Shown in pieces: positions 22,420-36,406 of a stretch of DNA of 64,000 bases; the stretch's first letter is position 1; every line of letters begins with the position of its first letter. The position numbers were made by a program, and so were the translations under genes. The notes beneath the pieces were generated by a model. The model was not told the DNA's origin. It did not search any database and worked only from the letters and a program-made list of their open reading frames with translations. The DNA comes from Eukaryota sp. TZLM1-RC (Eukaryota > Protista > Metamonada: BaSk clade). Location of the stretch: NCBI GenBank assembly GCA_040285825.1, contig JAUPSS010000004.1, positions 62,001 to 126,000 on the forward strand. Direction: 5' to 3'.

Positions 22420-23664
22420 AGAAATGAGTTGATAATCAAGGAACTATAGAAAGTGAGTGCGAGAGGAGTGCGAAAGGCGTGCGAGAGGAGAGAGGCTGTT
22501 AGACAAAGAAACAAGTCAAAGTGATAGGTATGTGACTCAGGTGGAAACATTGAATCGATTTAATAAAAGGAAATCTAGGTGGAAACAAGTGAGAGAAGGC
22601 AAGACTGAGCAATGAATTGAGTAATGTGGAGTATGAAACGTAGAGTGAAGTAGAAGATTGTCTGACTGATGAAGGGTGGTTTGAGCACTACAGCAGTCAA
22701 AGTTAACACAGTATCTTATAGTTTATGCTTACACTGATGTTGACAACAGTGTGACAGTAGGCAGTAGACACAAAAGTTAGTAGTTGTAATAGTATAGTAT
22801 CTAGTTTTAAGTAAGGATATGAAAAGATCCTTGTCAAAGACAATGATGGTCGAGGAAGAATAAGAATACATGCATGGATTGATTAATTGTACCTAACTTA
22901 GTCTGTGTTTTGAGGGAAAAGTATTTCTTATCAGTTCAAAGTTAGGCAGATAATGTTCTATTATTGCCCACCGGTTGACGCAATGGTTCTCATTACACAA
23001 TGAACATTGAAAACGTGCACTTATCGTTGAAATGACTATGCTGCGTTGAATGGATTCACTTCTTTCAATATTTTTTGATAAATTAAATAGGAGTAATAAA
23101 TTACTCACTCCAATTACTGAAACACAACATTTTGATCCATACAACTTTCATTAGACTCTTTGTTTCAACGGTTTGTTATTTTAAAATCTAAATTTGGTCT
23201 TGTAAGATTTCTCTGTATGTAGTCGATTTGATTTTTCTAACAGATATTGGATTATTCAGAAAATTCCTAAATAAAATAAGTTAAAGAAATATGGGATTTT
23301 TGTTGAACTTTTAAAGCCTGATAGATGTCATTAAGATCATGTATAAGCGCAAAACCATGAAATTAAAAACTGAAATGACCTTCTCAATTAAAAGTATATT
23401 ATTTCTGGAATTTTGGATTCTAAACAAAGGCGATTTATCATAATTCTTTGCAAAATAGTTACAATAAGATAGGTTCTTTTAGGCAAAAAACTATGAGCAA
23501 AAGTAGTGTTCAAAATGTTTGGCTCAATCTTTATTTGGAAAAAAAAACAATTTATGAGAAAATCACTGAACACTGAACAACAAACCTTTAAGTTGAGATA
23601 TACATTTAAGTTTCCTGACACACAGTCATATTATATTATAGTATAGTATCAAAAAGGGGTTCTT

Positions 23665-26600
23665 GTGAAAATAAGTGTAGGTTTATGGGATACAGGGCAG
23701 ATATTACACACAAATTAATGATTTATGTATTCTCTTTCAATGGCAATCTTGAAAACAATGGTGTTAGCAGTAAAGATGATGTATGTACTGAAAAGAATAC
23801 TGTCCAGGAAAACTTTATTACGATAGAGTCTTCATCAAGAAGAAAGTACAACGTTGAAGACATCAAGCCAATCCATGAACAATTGAGATCAAAGGAGTGA
23901 TTGAGTCAAACGAAACACTGACAATAACCGATAGGTAAAAGATTTACGGAATACAAATACAAAATGCGCTAGGCAAGTCTGCTGCACTGATGGCAATCGT
24001 GATGCCTACCCTTCTGCCCCCAAGAATCATGGCACTAAGAGTATAATGTGTTTGAAGTTACAGACGCATCTCAAAGTCGGAGTACGGAAATGAGAAAAAC
24101 CGCAGAAAGTTGATCAGGTTGGAAGATCAGATTTTGGCTCTGGTTTCAAACTTCAGATTTTCCAATTTTGACATTGGAATTTTACCAACCCATAATGCAA
24201 TTAATTTTGGTTTTGCATACCTGTTTTCTGCATGTGTTTGTATATGGCAACGGTTACGCTAATTTCTGTACGATTATCATTCTTTTGATTAGATTAGTAT
24301 TGCTTTCAAAATTTTGAGCTTTATGCATCATTGAAACCAATGTTCATGTCATTGATCTGATTTAAATTCTTTTGTTGATAATCCTTTTGCAACTGTTGCG
24401 ACAATTTATACATGGTTATCGTGCCTTTAAAAAAATCGAAACGAATGGCGCAATTTACAGGAGAAGTTTTCAATTTATGAATGGCACCACTTGTTTTTGA
24501 TTACATTTTTGGTGTAGAAAAACATTGTTGCATGAACTTTCACATTGATAAAGAAAAATTGTTTTACTTTTGTTATTTGACAGAAACAAAAAAAATTCTT
24601 AAAAAATTTACAGTTTCACTTTCATTTTGATTGTATTCTAGAAACAGATATCGTTTGTTTGACTTGAATCAAAAGATGATCGTTTGTATATGGCAACGGT
24701 AACGCTATTTTCTGCACGATTATCATTCTTTTGATTAGATCAGTATCTTTTTCAAAACTTATGAGCTTTATACATTATTAAAACCAATGTTCATGTCATT
24801 CATTTGATTTGAATTCCTTTGTTGATAATCTGTTTTCAACATTTGCAACAATTTATACATGGTTATCTTGCCTTTGAAAAAATCGAAACGAATGGCGCAT
24901 TTTACAAGAGAAGTTTTCAAGTTTATAAATACAGCATGTGTTCTTGATCACATTTTTGGTGTAGAAAAACATTGTTGCGTGAACTTTTACATTGATAAAG
25001 AAAATTATTTTACTTTTGTTATTTGACAGAAACAAAGAAATAAATTCCAAAAAATTTTTACAGTTTCACTTTCATTTTGAATGTATTCTAGAAACAGATA
25101 TCGTTTGTTTGATTTGAATCAAAAGGTGATCGTTTGTATATGGCAACGGTAACGCTATTTTCTGCACGATTATCATTCTTTTGATTAGGTCAGTATCTTT
25201 TTCAAAATTTATGAGCTTTATACATTATTAAAACCAATGTTCATGTCATTCATTTGATTTGAATTCCTTTGTTGATAATCTGTTTTCAACATTTGCAACA
25301 ATTTATACATGGTTATCTTGCCTTTGAAAAAATCGAAACGAATGGCGCATTTTACAAGAGAAGTTTTCAAGTTTATAAATACAGCATGTGTTCTTGATCA
25401 CATTTTTGGTGTAGAAAAACATTGTTGCGTGAACTTTTACATTGATAAAGAAAATTATTTTACTTTTGTTATTTGACAGAAACAAAGAAATAAATTCCAA
25501 AAAATTTTTACAGTTTCACTTTCATTTTGAATGTATTCTAGAAACAGATATCGTTTGTTTGATTTGAATCAAAAGGTGATCGTTTGTATATGGCAACGGT
25601 AACGCTATTTTCTGCACGATTATCATTCTTTTGATTAGGTCAGTATCTTTTTCAAAATTTATGAGCTTTATACATCATTAAAACCAATGTTCATGTCATT
25701 CACTTGATTTGAATTCCTTTGTTGATAATCTTTTCACAACATTTGCGACAATTTATTTTTATGGTTATCTTGCCTTTCAAAAAATGGAAACGAATGGCGC
25801 ATTTTACAAGGGAAGTTTTCAAGTTTATAAATACAGCATGTGTTCTTGATCACATTTTTGGTGTAGAAAAACATTGTTGCGTGAACTTTTACATTGATTA
25901 AGAAGCTTTTCTTCATTTTTTAAACATAAATAAAAAATAAATTTAGAGTTTCATAAATTCAACAAACACTTTTATTGCAAAATCAGTACACGAAACCAGG
26001 TGCTCTATTGATCAAAAATACTGCACCAAAAAGGCTAAAACAATTTGGCATAGTTTTCATTTGAAATCCCCATTTCTTATATGAAAAAAAGACTCCACAC
26101 TTGACAATAAATCTTTGAATTGTAATATCCATATGAGTGTTTTAAAACGCTGTTGAATGTTATTGTGTTTTCACACTTTCTGTGAAAACATGCTTATGCA
26201 CATGTGATACAAGGCAGGTTTGATACATGAAGAAACGATTTATGTATTCTGTTTCAATGGCAATCTTGAAAACAATAGTGTTGGCAAAAAAGATGATGTA
26301 TGTACTGAAAAGAATACTGTCCAGGGAAACTTTATTACGAAAAAGTCTTCACCAAGAAGAAAGTACAACGGTGAAGACATCAAGCCAATCCATGAACAAT
26401 TGAGATCAAAAGAGTGATTGAGTCAAACGAAACACTTACAATAACCGATAGGTACAAGATTTACGGAATATAAATACAAAATGCGCTAGGCAAGTCTGCT
26501 GCACTGATGGCAATTGTGACGCCTACCCTTCTGCCCCCAAGAATCATGGCACTAAGAGTATAATGTGTTTGAAGTTACAGACGCATCCCAAAGTCGGAGT

Positions 26601-29600
26601 ACAGAAATGAGAAAAACCGCAGAAGGTTGCTCAGGTTGGAAGATCAGATTTTGGGTCTGGTTTCAAACTTCAGATTTCCAACTAACTAACTTTTAACATT
26701 GGAATTTTACCAACCCATCATCCAATAGATTTTGGTTTTGCTTTCCTGTTTTCTGCATGTGTTTGTATATGGCAACGGTTACGCTAATTTCTGTACGATT
26801 ATCCTTCTTTTGATTAGATTAGTATTTCTTTCAAAATTTTGAGCTTTATGCATCATTGAAACCAATGTTCATGTCATTGATCTGATTTAAATCCTTTTGT
26901 TGATAATCCTTTTGCAACTGTTGCGACAATTTATACATGGTTATCGTGCCTTTAAAAAAATCGAAACGAATGGCGCAATTTACAGGAGAAGTTTTCAATT
27001 TATGAATAGCACCACTTGTTTTTGATTACATTTTTGGTGTAGAAAAACATTGTTGCATGAACTTTTGCATTGATAAAAAAAATTATTTTACTTTTGTTAT
27101 TTGACAGAAACAAAAAAATAAATTCCAAAAAAATTTAGTTTCACTTTCATTTTGAATGTATTCTAGAAACAGATAGCATTTGTTTGACTTGAATCAAAAG
27201 GTGATCGTTTGTATATGGCAATGGTAACGCTATTTTCTGCACGATTATCATTCTTTTGATTAGGTCAGTATCTTTTTCAAAATTTATGAGCTTTATACAT
27301 CATTAAAACCAATGTTCATGTCATTGACTTGATTTGAATTCCTTTGTTGATAATCTTTTTACAACATTTGCGACAATTTATACATGGTTATCTTGCCTTT
27401 GAAAAAATCGAAACGAATGGCGCATTTTACAAGAGAAGTTTTCAAGTTTATAAATACAGCATGTGTTCTTGATCACATTTTTGGTGTAGAAAAACATTGT
27501 TGCGTGAACTTTTACATTGATAAAGAAGTTTTTCTTTTTTTTATTAAACATAAATAAAAAATAAATTTAAAATTTCATAAATTCAACAAACACTTTTATT
27601 GCAAAATCAGTACACGAAACTAGATGCTCTATTGATCAAAAATACTGCACCAAAAAAGCTAAAACAATTTGGCATAGTTTTCATTTGAAATCCCTATTTC
27701 TTATATGACAAAAAGACTCCACACTTGACATTAAATCTTTGAATTGTAATATCCATATGAGTGTTGAAAACGCTGTTGAATGTTATTGTGTTTTCACACT
27801 TTCTGTGAAAACATGCTTATGCACAAGTGATACAAGGCAGGTTTGATACATGAAGAAATGATTTATGTATTCTGTTTCAATGGCAATCTTGAAAACAATA
27901 GTGTTGGCAAAAAAGATGATGTATGTACTGAAAAGAATACTGTCCAGGAAAACTTTATTACGATAGAGTCTTCATCAAGAAGAAAGTACAACGTTGAAGA
28001 CATCAAGCCAATCCATGAACAATTGAGATCAAAGGAGTGATTGAGTCAAACGAAACACTGACAATAACCGATAGGTAAAAGATTTACGGAATACAAATCC
28101 AAGATGCGCTAGGCAAGGCTGCTGCACTGATGGCAATCGTGATGCCTACCCTTCTGCCCCGAAGAATCATGGCACTAAGAGTATAATGTGTTTGAAGTTA
28201 CAGACGCATCCCCAAGTCTGAGTACGGAAATGAGAAAAACCACAGAAGGTTGCTCAAGTTGGAAGATCAGATTTTGGGTCTGGTTTCAAACTTCAGATTT
28301 TCCAATTTTGACATTGGAATATTACCAACCCATAATGCAATTAATTTTGGTTTTGCTTTCCTGTTTTCTGCATGTGTTCGTATATGGCAACGGTTACGCT
28401 AATTTCTGTACGATTATCATTCTTTTGATTAGATAAGTATTTCTTCCAAAATTTTGAGCTTTATGCATCATTGAAACCAATGTTCATGTCATTGATTTGA
28501 TTTGAATTCTTTTGTTGATAATCCTTTTGCAACTGTTGCGACAATTTATACATGGTTATCCTGCCTTTGAAAAAATCGAAACGAATGGCTCATTTTACAA
28601 GAGAAGTTTTCAATTTATGAATAGCACCACTTGTTCTTGATCACATTTTTGGTGTAGAAAAACATTGTTGCATGAACTTTACATTGATAAAAAAAATTAT
28701 TTTACTTTTGTTATTTGACAGAAACAAAAAAATAAATTCCAAAAAAAATAAGTTTCACTTTCATTTTGAATGTATTCTAGAAACAGATAGCATTTGTTTG
28801 ACTTGAATCAAAAGGTGATCGTTTGTATATGGCAACGGTAACGCTATTTTCTGCACGATTATCATTCTTTTGATTAGGTCAGTATCTTTTCAAAATTTAT
28901 GAGCTTTATACATCATTAAAACCAATGCTCATGTCAGTCACTTGATTTGAATTCCTTTGTTGATAATCTTTTTACAACATTTGCGACAATTTATACATGG
29001 TTACCTTGCCTTTGAAAAAATCGAAACGAATGGCGCATTTTACAAGGGAAGTTTTCAAGTTTATAAATACAGCATGTGTTCTTGATCACATTTTTGGTGT
29101 GGAAAAACATTGTTGCGTTTACTTTTACATTGATAAAGAAGTCTTTCGTTTTTTTTATTAAACATAAATAAAAAATAAATTTAAAATTTCATAAATTCAA
29201 CAAACACTTTTATTGCAAAATCAGTACACAAAACTAGATGCTCTATTGATCAAAAATACTGCACCAAAAAAGCTAAAACAATTTGGCATAGTTTTCATTT
29301 GAAATCCCCATTTCTTATATGACAAAAAGACTCCACACTTGACATTAAATCTTTGAATTGTAATATCCATATGAGTGTTGAAAACGCTGTTGAATGTTAT
29401 TGTGTTTTCACACTTTCTGTGAAAACATGCTTATGCACATGTGATACAAGGCAGGTTTGATACATGAAGAAACGATTTATGTATTCTGTTTCAATGGCAA
29501 TCTTGGAAACAATAGTGTTGGCAGAAAAGATGATGTATGTACTGAAAAGAATACTGTCCAGGAAAACTTTATTACGATAGAGTCTTCATCAAGAAGAAAG

Positions 29601-32600
29601 TACAACGGTGAAGACATCAAGCCAATCCATGAACAATTGAGATCAAAAGAGTGATTGAGTCAAACGAAACACTTACAATAACCAGTAGGTACAAAATTTA
29701 CGGAATATAAATCCAAAATGCGGTAGGCAAGGCTGCTGCACTGATGGCAATCGTGACGCCTACCCTTCTGCCCCCAAGAATCATGGCACTAAGAGTATAA
29801 TGTGTTTGAAGTTACAGACGCATCCCAAAGTCGGAGTACGGAAATGAGAAAAACCGCAAAAGGTTGCTCAGGTTGGAACATCAGATTTTGGGTCTGGTTT
29901 CAAACTTAAGATTTTCCAATTTTAACATTGGAATTTTACCAACCCATCATCCAATAGATTTTGGTTTTGCTTTCCTGTTTTCTGCATGTGTTTGTATATG
30001 GCAACGGTTACGCTAATTTCTGTACGATTATCATTCTTTTGATTAGATTAGTATTGCTTTCAAAATTTTGAGCTTTATGCATCATTGAAACCAATGTTCA
30101 TGTCATTGATCTGATTTAAATTCTTTTGTTGATAATCCTTTTGCAACTGTTGCGACAATTTATACATGGTTATCGTGCCTTTAAAAAAATCGAAACGAAT
30201 GGCGCAATTTACAGGAGAAGTTTTCAATTTATGAATGGCACCACTTGTTTTTGATTACATTTTTGGTGTAGAAAAACATTGTTGCATGAACTTTTACATT
30301 GACAAAGAAAAATTATTTTACTTTTGTTATTTGACAGAAACAAAAAAATAAATTCCAAAAAAATTTAGTTTCACTTTCATTTTGAATGTATTCTAGAAAC
30401 AGATAGCATTTGTTTGACTTGAATCAAAAGGTGATCGTTTGTATATGGCAATGGTAACGCTATTTTCTGCACGATTATCATTCTTTTGATTAGGTCAGTA
30501 TCTTTTTCAAAATTTATGAGCTTTATACATCATTAAAACCAATGTTCATGTCATTCACTTGATTTGAATTCCTTTGTTGATAATCTTTTTACAACATTTG
30601 CGACAATTTATACATGGTTATCTTGCCTTTGAAAAAAATCGAAACGAATGGCGCATTTTACAAGAGAAGTTTTCAAGTTTATAAATACAACATGTGTTCT
30701 TGATCACATTTTTGGTGTGGAAAAACATTGTTGCGTGAACTTTTACATTGATAAAGAAGTTTTTCTTTTTTTATTAAACATAAATAAAAAAATAAATTTA
30801 AAATTTCATAAATTCAACAAACACTTTTATTGCAAAATCAGTACACGAAACTAGATGCTCTATTGATCAAAAATACTGCACCAAAAAAGCTAAAACAATT
30901 TGGCATAGTTTTCATTTGAAATCCCTATTTCTTATATGACAAAAAGACTCCACACTTGACATTAAATCTTTGAATTGTAATATCCATATGAGTGTTGAAA
31001 ACGCTGTTGAATGTTATTGTGTTTTCACACTTTCTGTGAAAACATGCTTATGCACAAGTGATACAAGGCAGGTTTGATACATGAAGAAATGATTTATGTA
31101 TTCTGTTTCAATGGCAATCTTGAAAACAATAGTGTTGGCAAAAAAGATGATGTATGTACTGAAAAGAATACTGTCCAGGAAAACTTTATTACGATAGAGT
31201 CTTCATCAAGAAGAAAGTACAACGTTGAAGACATCAAGCCAATCCATGAACAATTGAGATCAAAGGAGTGATTGAGTCAAACGAAACACTGACAATAACC
31301 GATAGGTAAAAAGATTTACGGAATACAAATCCAAGATGCGCTAGGCAAGGCTGCTGCACTGATGGCAATCGTGATGCCTACCCTTCTGCCCCGAAGAATC
31401 ATGGCACTAAGAGTATAATGTGTTTGAAGTTACAGACGCATCCCCAAGTCTGAGTACGGAAATGAGAAAAACCACAGAAGGTTGCTCAAGTTGGAAGATC
31501 AGATTTTGGGTCTGGTTTCAAACTTCAGATTTTCCAATTTTGACATTGGAATATTACCAACCCATAATGCAATTAATTTTGGTTTTGCTTTCCTGTTTTC
31601 TGCATGTGTTCGTATATGGCAACGGTTACGCTAATTTCTGTACGATTATCATTCTTTTGATTAGATAAGTATTTCTTCCAAAATTTTGAGCTTTATGCAT
31701 CATTGAAACCAATGTTCATGTCATTGATTTGATTTGAATTCTTTTGTTGATAATCCTTTTGCAACTGTTGCGACAATTTATACATGGTTATCCTGCCTTT
31801 GAAAAAATCGAAACGAATGGCTCATTTTACAAGAGAAGTTTTCAATTTATGAATAGCACCACTTGTTCTTGATCACATTTTTGGTGTAGAAAAACATTGT
31901 TGCATGAACTTTACATTGATAAAAAAAATTATTTTACTTTTGTTATTTGACAGAAACAAAAAAATAAATTCCAAAAAAATAAGTTTCACTTTCATTTTGA
32001 ATGTATTCTAGAAACAGATAGCATTTGTTTGACTTGAATCAAAAGGTGATCGTTTGTATATGGCAACGGTAACGCTATTTTCTGCACGATTATCATTCTT
32101 TTGATTAGGTCAGTATCTTTTTCAAAATTTATGAGCTTTATACATCATTAAAACCAATGCTCATGTCAGTCACTTGATTTGAATTCCTTTGTTGATAATC
32201 TTTTTACAACATTTGCGACAATTTATACATGGTTACCTTGCCTTTGAAAAAATCGAAACGAATGGCGCATTTTACAAGGGAAGTTTTCAAGTTTATAAAT
32301 ACAGCATGTGTTCTTGATCACATTTTGGTGTGGAAAAACATTGTTGCGTTTACTTTTACATTGATAAAGAAGTCTTTCGTTTTTTTTTATTAAACATAAA
32401 TAAAAAATAAATTTAAAATTTCATAAATTCAACAAACACTTTTATTGCAAAATCAGTACACAAAACTAGATGCTCTATTGATCAAAAATACTGCACCAAA
32501 AAAAGCTAAAACAATTTGGCATAGTTTTCATTTGAAATCCCCATTTCTTATATGACAAAAAGACTCCACACTTGACATTAAATCTTTGAATTGTAATATC

Positions 32601-35600
32601 CATATGAGTGTTGAAAACGCTGTTGAATGTTATTGTGTTTTCACACTTTCTGTGAAAACATGCTTATGCACATGTGATACAAGGCAGGTTTGATACATGA
32701 AGAAACGATTTATGTATTCTGTTTCAATGGCAATCTTGGAAACAATAGTGTTGGCAGAAAAGATGATGTATGTACTGAAAAGAATACTGTCCAGGAAAAC
32801 TTTATTACGATAGAGTCTTCATCAAGAAGAAAGTACAACGGTGAAGACATCAAGCCAATCCATGAACAATTGAGATCAAAAGAGTGATTGAGTCAAACGA
32901 AACACTTACAATAACCAGTAGGTACAAAATTTACGGAATATAAATCCAAAATGCGGTAGGCAAGGCTGCTGCACTGATGGCAATCGTGACGCCTACCCTT
33001 CTGCCCCCCAAGAATCATGGCACTAAGAGTATAATGTGTTTGAAGTTACAGACGCATCCCAAAGTCGGAGTACGGAAATGAGAAAAACCGCAAAAGGTTG
33101 CTCAGGTTGGAACATCAGATTTTGGGTCTGGTTTCAAACTTAAGATTTTCCAATTTTAACATTGGAATTTTACCAACCCATCATCCAATAGATTTTGGTT
33201 TTGCTTTCCTGTTTTCTGCATGTGTTTGTATATGGCAACGGTTACGCTAATTTCTGTACGATTATCATTCTTTTGATTAGATTAGTATTGCTTTCAAAAT
33301 TTTGAGCTTTATGCATCATTGAAACCAATGTTCATGTCATTGATCTGATTTAAATTCTTTTGTTGATAATCCTTTTGCAACTGTTGCGACAATTTATACA
33401 TGGTTATCGTGCCTTTAAAAAAATCGAAACGAATGGCGCAATTTACAGGAGATGTTTTCAATTTATGAATGGCACCACTTGTTTTTGATTACATTTTTGG
33501 TGTAGAAAAACATTGTTGCATGAACTTTTACATTGATAAAGAAAAATTATTTTACTTTTGTTATTTGACAGAAACAAAAAAATAAATTCCAAAAAAATTT
33601 AGTTTCACTTTCATTTTGAATGTATTCTAGAAACAGATAGCATTTGTTTGACTTGAATCAAAAGGTGATCGTTTGTATATGGCAATGGTAACGCTATTTT
33701 CTGCACGATTATCATTCTTTTGATTAGGTCAGTATCTTTTTCAAAATTTATGAGCTTTATACATCATTAAAACCAATGTTCATGTCATTCACTTGATTTG
33801 AATTCCTTTGTTGATAATCTTTTTACAACATTTGCGACAATTTATACATGGTTATCTTGCCTTTGAAAAAATCGAAACGAATGGCGCATTTTACAAGAGA
33901 AGTTTTCAAGTTTATAAATACAACATGTGTTCTTGATCACATTTTTGGTGTGGAAAAACATTGTTGCGTGAACTTTTACATTGATAAAGAAGTTTTTCTT
34001 TTTTTTATTAAACATAAATAAAAAATAAATTTAAAATTTGATAAATTCAACAAACACTTTTATTGCAAAATCAGTACACGAAACTAGATGCTCTATTGAT
34101 CAAAAATACTGCACCAAAAAAGCTAAAACAATTTGGCATAGTTTTCATTTGAAATCCCTATTTCTTATATGACAAAAAGACTCCACACTTGACATTAAAT
34201 CTTTGAATTGTAATATCCATATGAGTGTTGAAAACGCTGTTGAATGTTATTGTGTTTTCACACTTTCTGTGAAAACATGCTTATGCACAAGTGATACAAG
34301 GCAGGTTTGATACATGAAGAAATGATTTATGTATTCTGTTTCAATGGCAATCTTGAAAACAATAGTGTTGGCAGAAAAAATGATGTATGTACTGAAAAGA
34401 ATACTGTCCAGGAAAACTTTATTATGATAGAGTCTTCATCAAAAAGAAAGTACAACGGTGAAGACATCATGCCAATCCATGAACAATTGAGATCAAAAGA
34501 GTGATTGAGTCAAACGAAACACTGACAATAACCGATAGGTAAAAGATTTACGGAATAGAAATCCAAAATGCGCTAGGCAAGGCTGCTGCACTGATGGCAA
34601 TTGTGATGCCTACCCTTCTGCCCCGAAGAATCATGGCACTAAGAGTATAATGTGTTTGAAGTTACAGACGCATCCCAAAGTCGGAGTACGGAAATGAGAA
34701 AAACCGCAGAAGGTTGCTCAGGTTGGAAGATCAGATTTTGGGTCTGGTTTCAAACTTCAGATTTTCCAATTTTGACATTGGAATTTTACCAACCCATAAT
34801 GCAATTAATTTTGGTTTTGCTTTCCTGTTTTCTGCATGTGTTCGTATATGGCAATGGTTACGCTAATTTCTGTACGATTATCATTCTTTTGATTAGATAA
34901 GTATTTCTTCCAAAATTTTGAGCTTTATGCATCATTGAAACCAATGTTCATGTCATTGATTTGATTTGAATTCTTTTGTTGATAATCCTTTTGCAACTGT
35001 TGCGACAATTTATACATGGTTATCCTGCCTTTGAAAAAATCGAAACGAATGGCTCATTTTACAAAAGAAGTTTTCAATTTATGAATAGCACCACTTGTTC
35101 TTGATCACATTTTTGGTGTAGAAAAACATTGTTGCATGAACTTTACATTGATAAAAAAAATTATTTTACTTTTGTTATTTGACAGAAACAAAAAAATAAA
35201 TTCCAAAAAAATTAGTTTCACTTTCATTTTGAATGTATTCTAGAAACAGATAGCATTTGTTTGACTTGAATCAAAAGGTGATCGTTTGTATATGGCAACG
35301 GTAACGCTATTTTCTGCACGATTATCATTCTTTTGATTAGGTCAGTATCTTTTTCAAAATTTATGAGCTTTATACATCATTAAAACCAATGCTCATGTCA
35401 GTCACTTGATTTGAATTCCTTTGTTGATAATCTTTTTACAACATTTGCGACAATTTATACATGGTTACCTTGCCTTTGAAAAAATCGAAACGAATGGCGC
35501 ATTTTACAAGGGAAGTTTTCAAGTTTATAAATACAGCATGTGTTCTTGATCACATTTTTGGTGTGGAAAAACATTGTTGCGTTTACTTTTACATTGATAA

Positions 35601-35818
35601 AGAAGTCTTTCGTTTTTTTTATTAAACATAAATAAAAAATAAATTTAAAATTTCATAAATTCAACAAACACTTTTATTGCAAAATCAGTACACAAAACTA
35701 GATGCTCTATTGATCAAAAATACTGCACCAAAAAAGCTAAAACAATTTGGCATAGTTTTCATTTGAAATCCCCATTTCTTATATGACAAAAAGACTCCAC
35801 ACTTGACATTAAATCTTT
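23665..35818. repeat. Macrosatellite, ~1617 bp unit x ~7, with an internal ~450 bp subrepeat and an A/B dimer higher-order repeat
   Basis: Equivalent positions at 26220, 27843, 29457, 31074, 32690 and 34307. Unit 27843 matches 31074 and 29457 matches 32690. The first unit has four subrepeat starts instead of two. Confidence 0.95.
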
Positions 35819-36406
35819 ACCGAATTTGGGTAGTTGTCAATCGATTTCTTTCTTCTACCAATAACGAACATTTTCCATTTTTGTCTATTGGTTTTAATTA
35901 CTGTTTCCGATTAGATTTTCTATGTTTCAATTTTTGAAAATTTTTAGCAGAAAGTGGGATTTCTGAATTTTACACTCTTTATACAAGGCAAGATCGGGAA
36001 CACAAAGATCACCGTTGTATTTGTGCCAATACTGAAAATTGACATTGGTAGCTTCAGTAACACCTGGCCATCATTTCAACGATCTACTCAATAGCAATGG
36101 AATAGCAGTATCAATCAATGTGATTGGAAAATCATGTAGTTGTCAATACCCAACGTAAAAATTGCAAACAAAACATAAGTCAACTATTTTAGTTTAAGGT
36201 AATGATGAGTGATTCTGGAGTTGTTTTATCATATCGTCAATCGTTGACAAAACAAAATTGGAGATACTAACACTCCGATCGAAACTGCATTGAACACACT
36301 TGTAATGTTAGTCAACATGGCTTCCTTGCAGAAATTGATTTTGACCAATTTCATATCAATGTATATAACAAATGAATAATTTATGATAATATTGTGTGTA
36401 AATACT

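Noticed and set aside
21021-23621. Short ORFs and a purine-rich 11-bp triplet repeat (~22455-22490)
   Set aside because: No recognisable family; they cannot be supported as genes or regulatory sites.
23685-34900. 60-82 aa ORFs in the macrosatellite
   Set aside because: Mostly non-ATG starts, broken in sister copies, and no recognisable domains.
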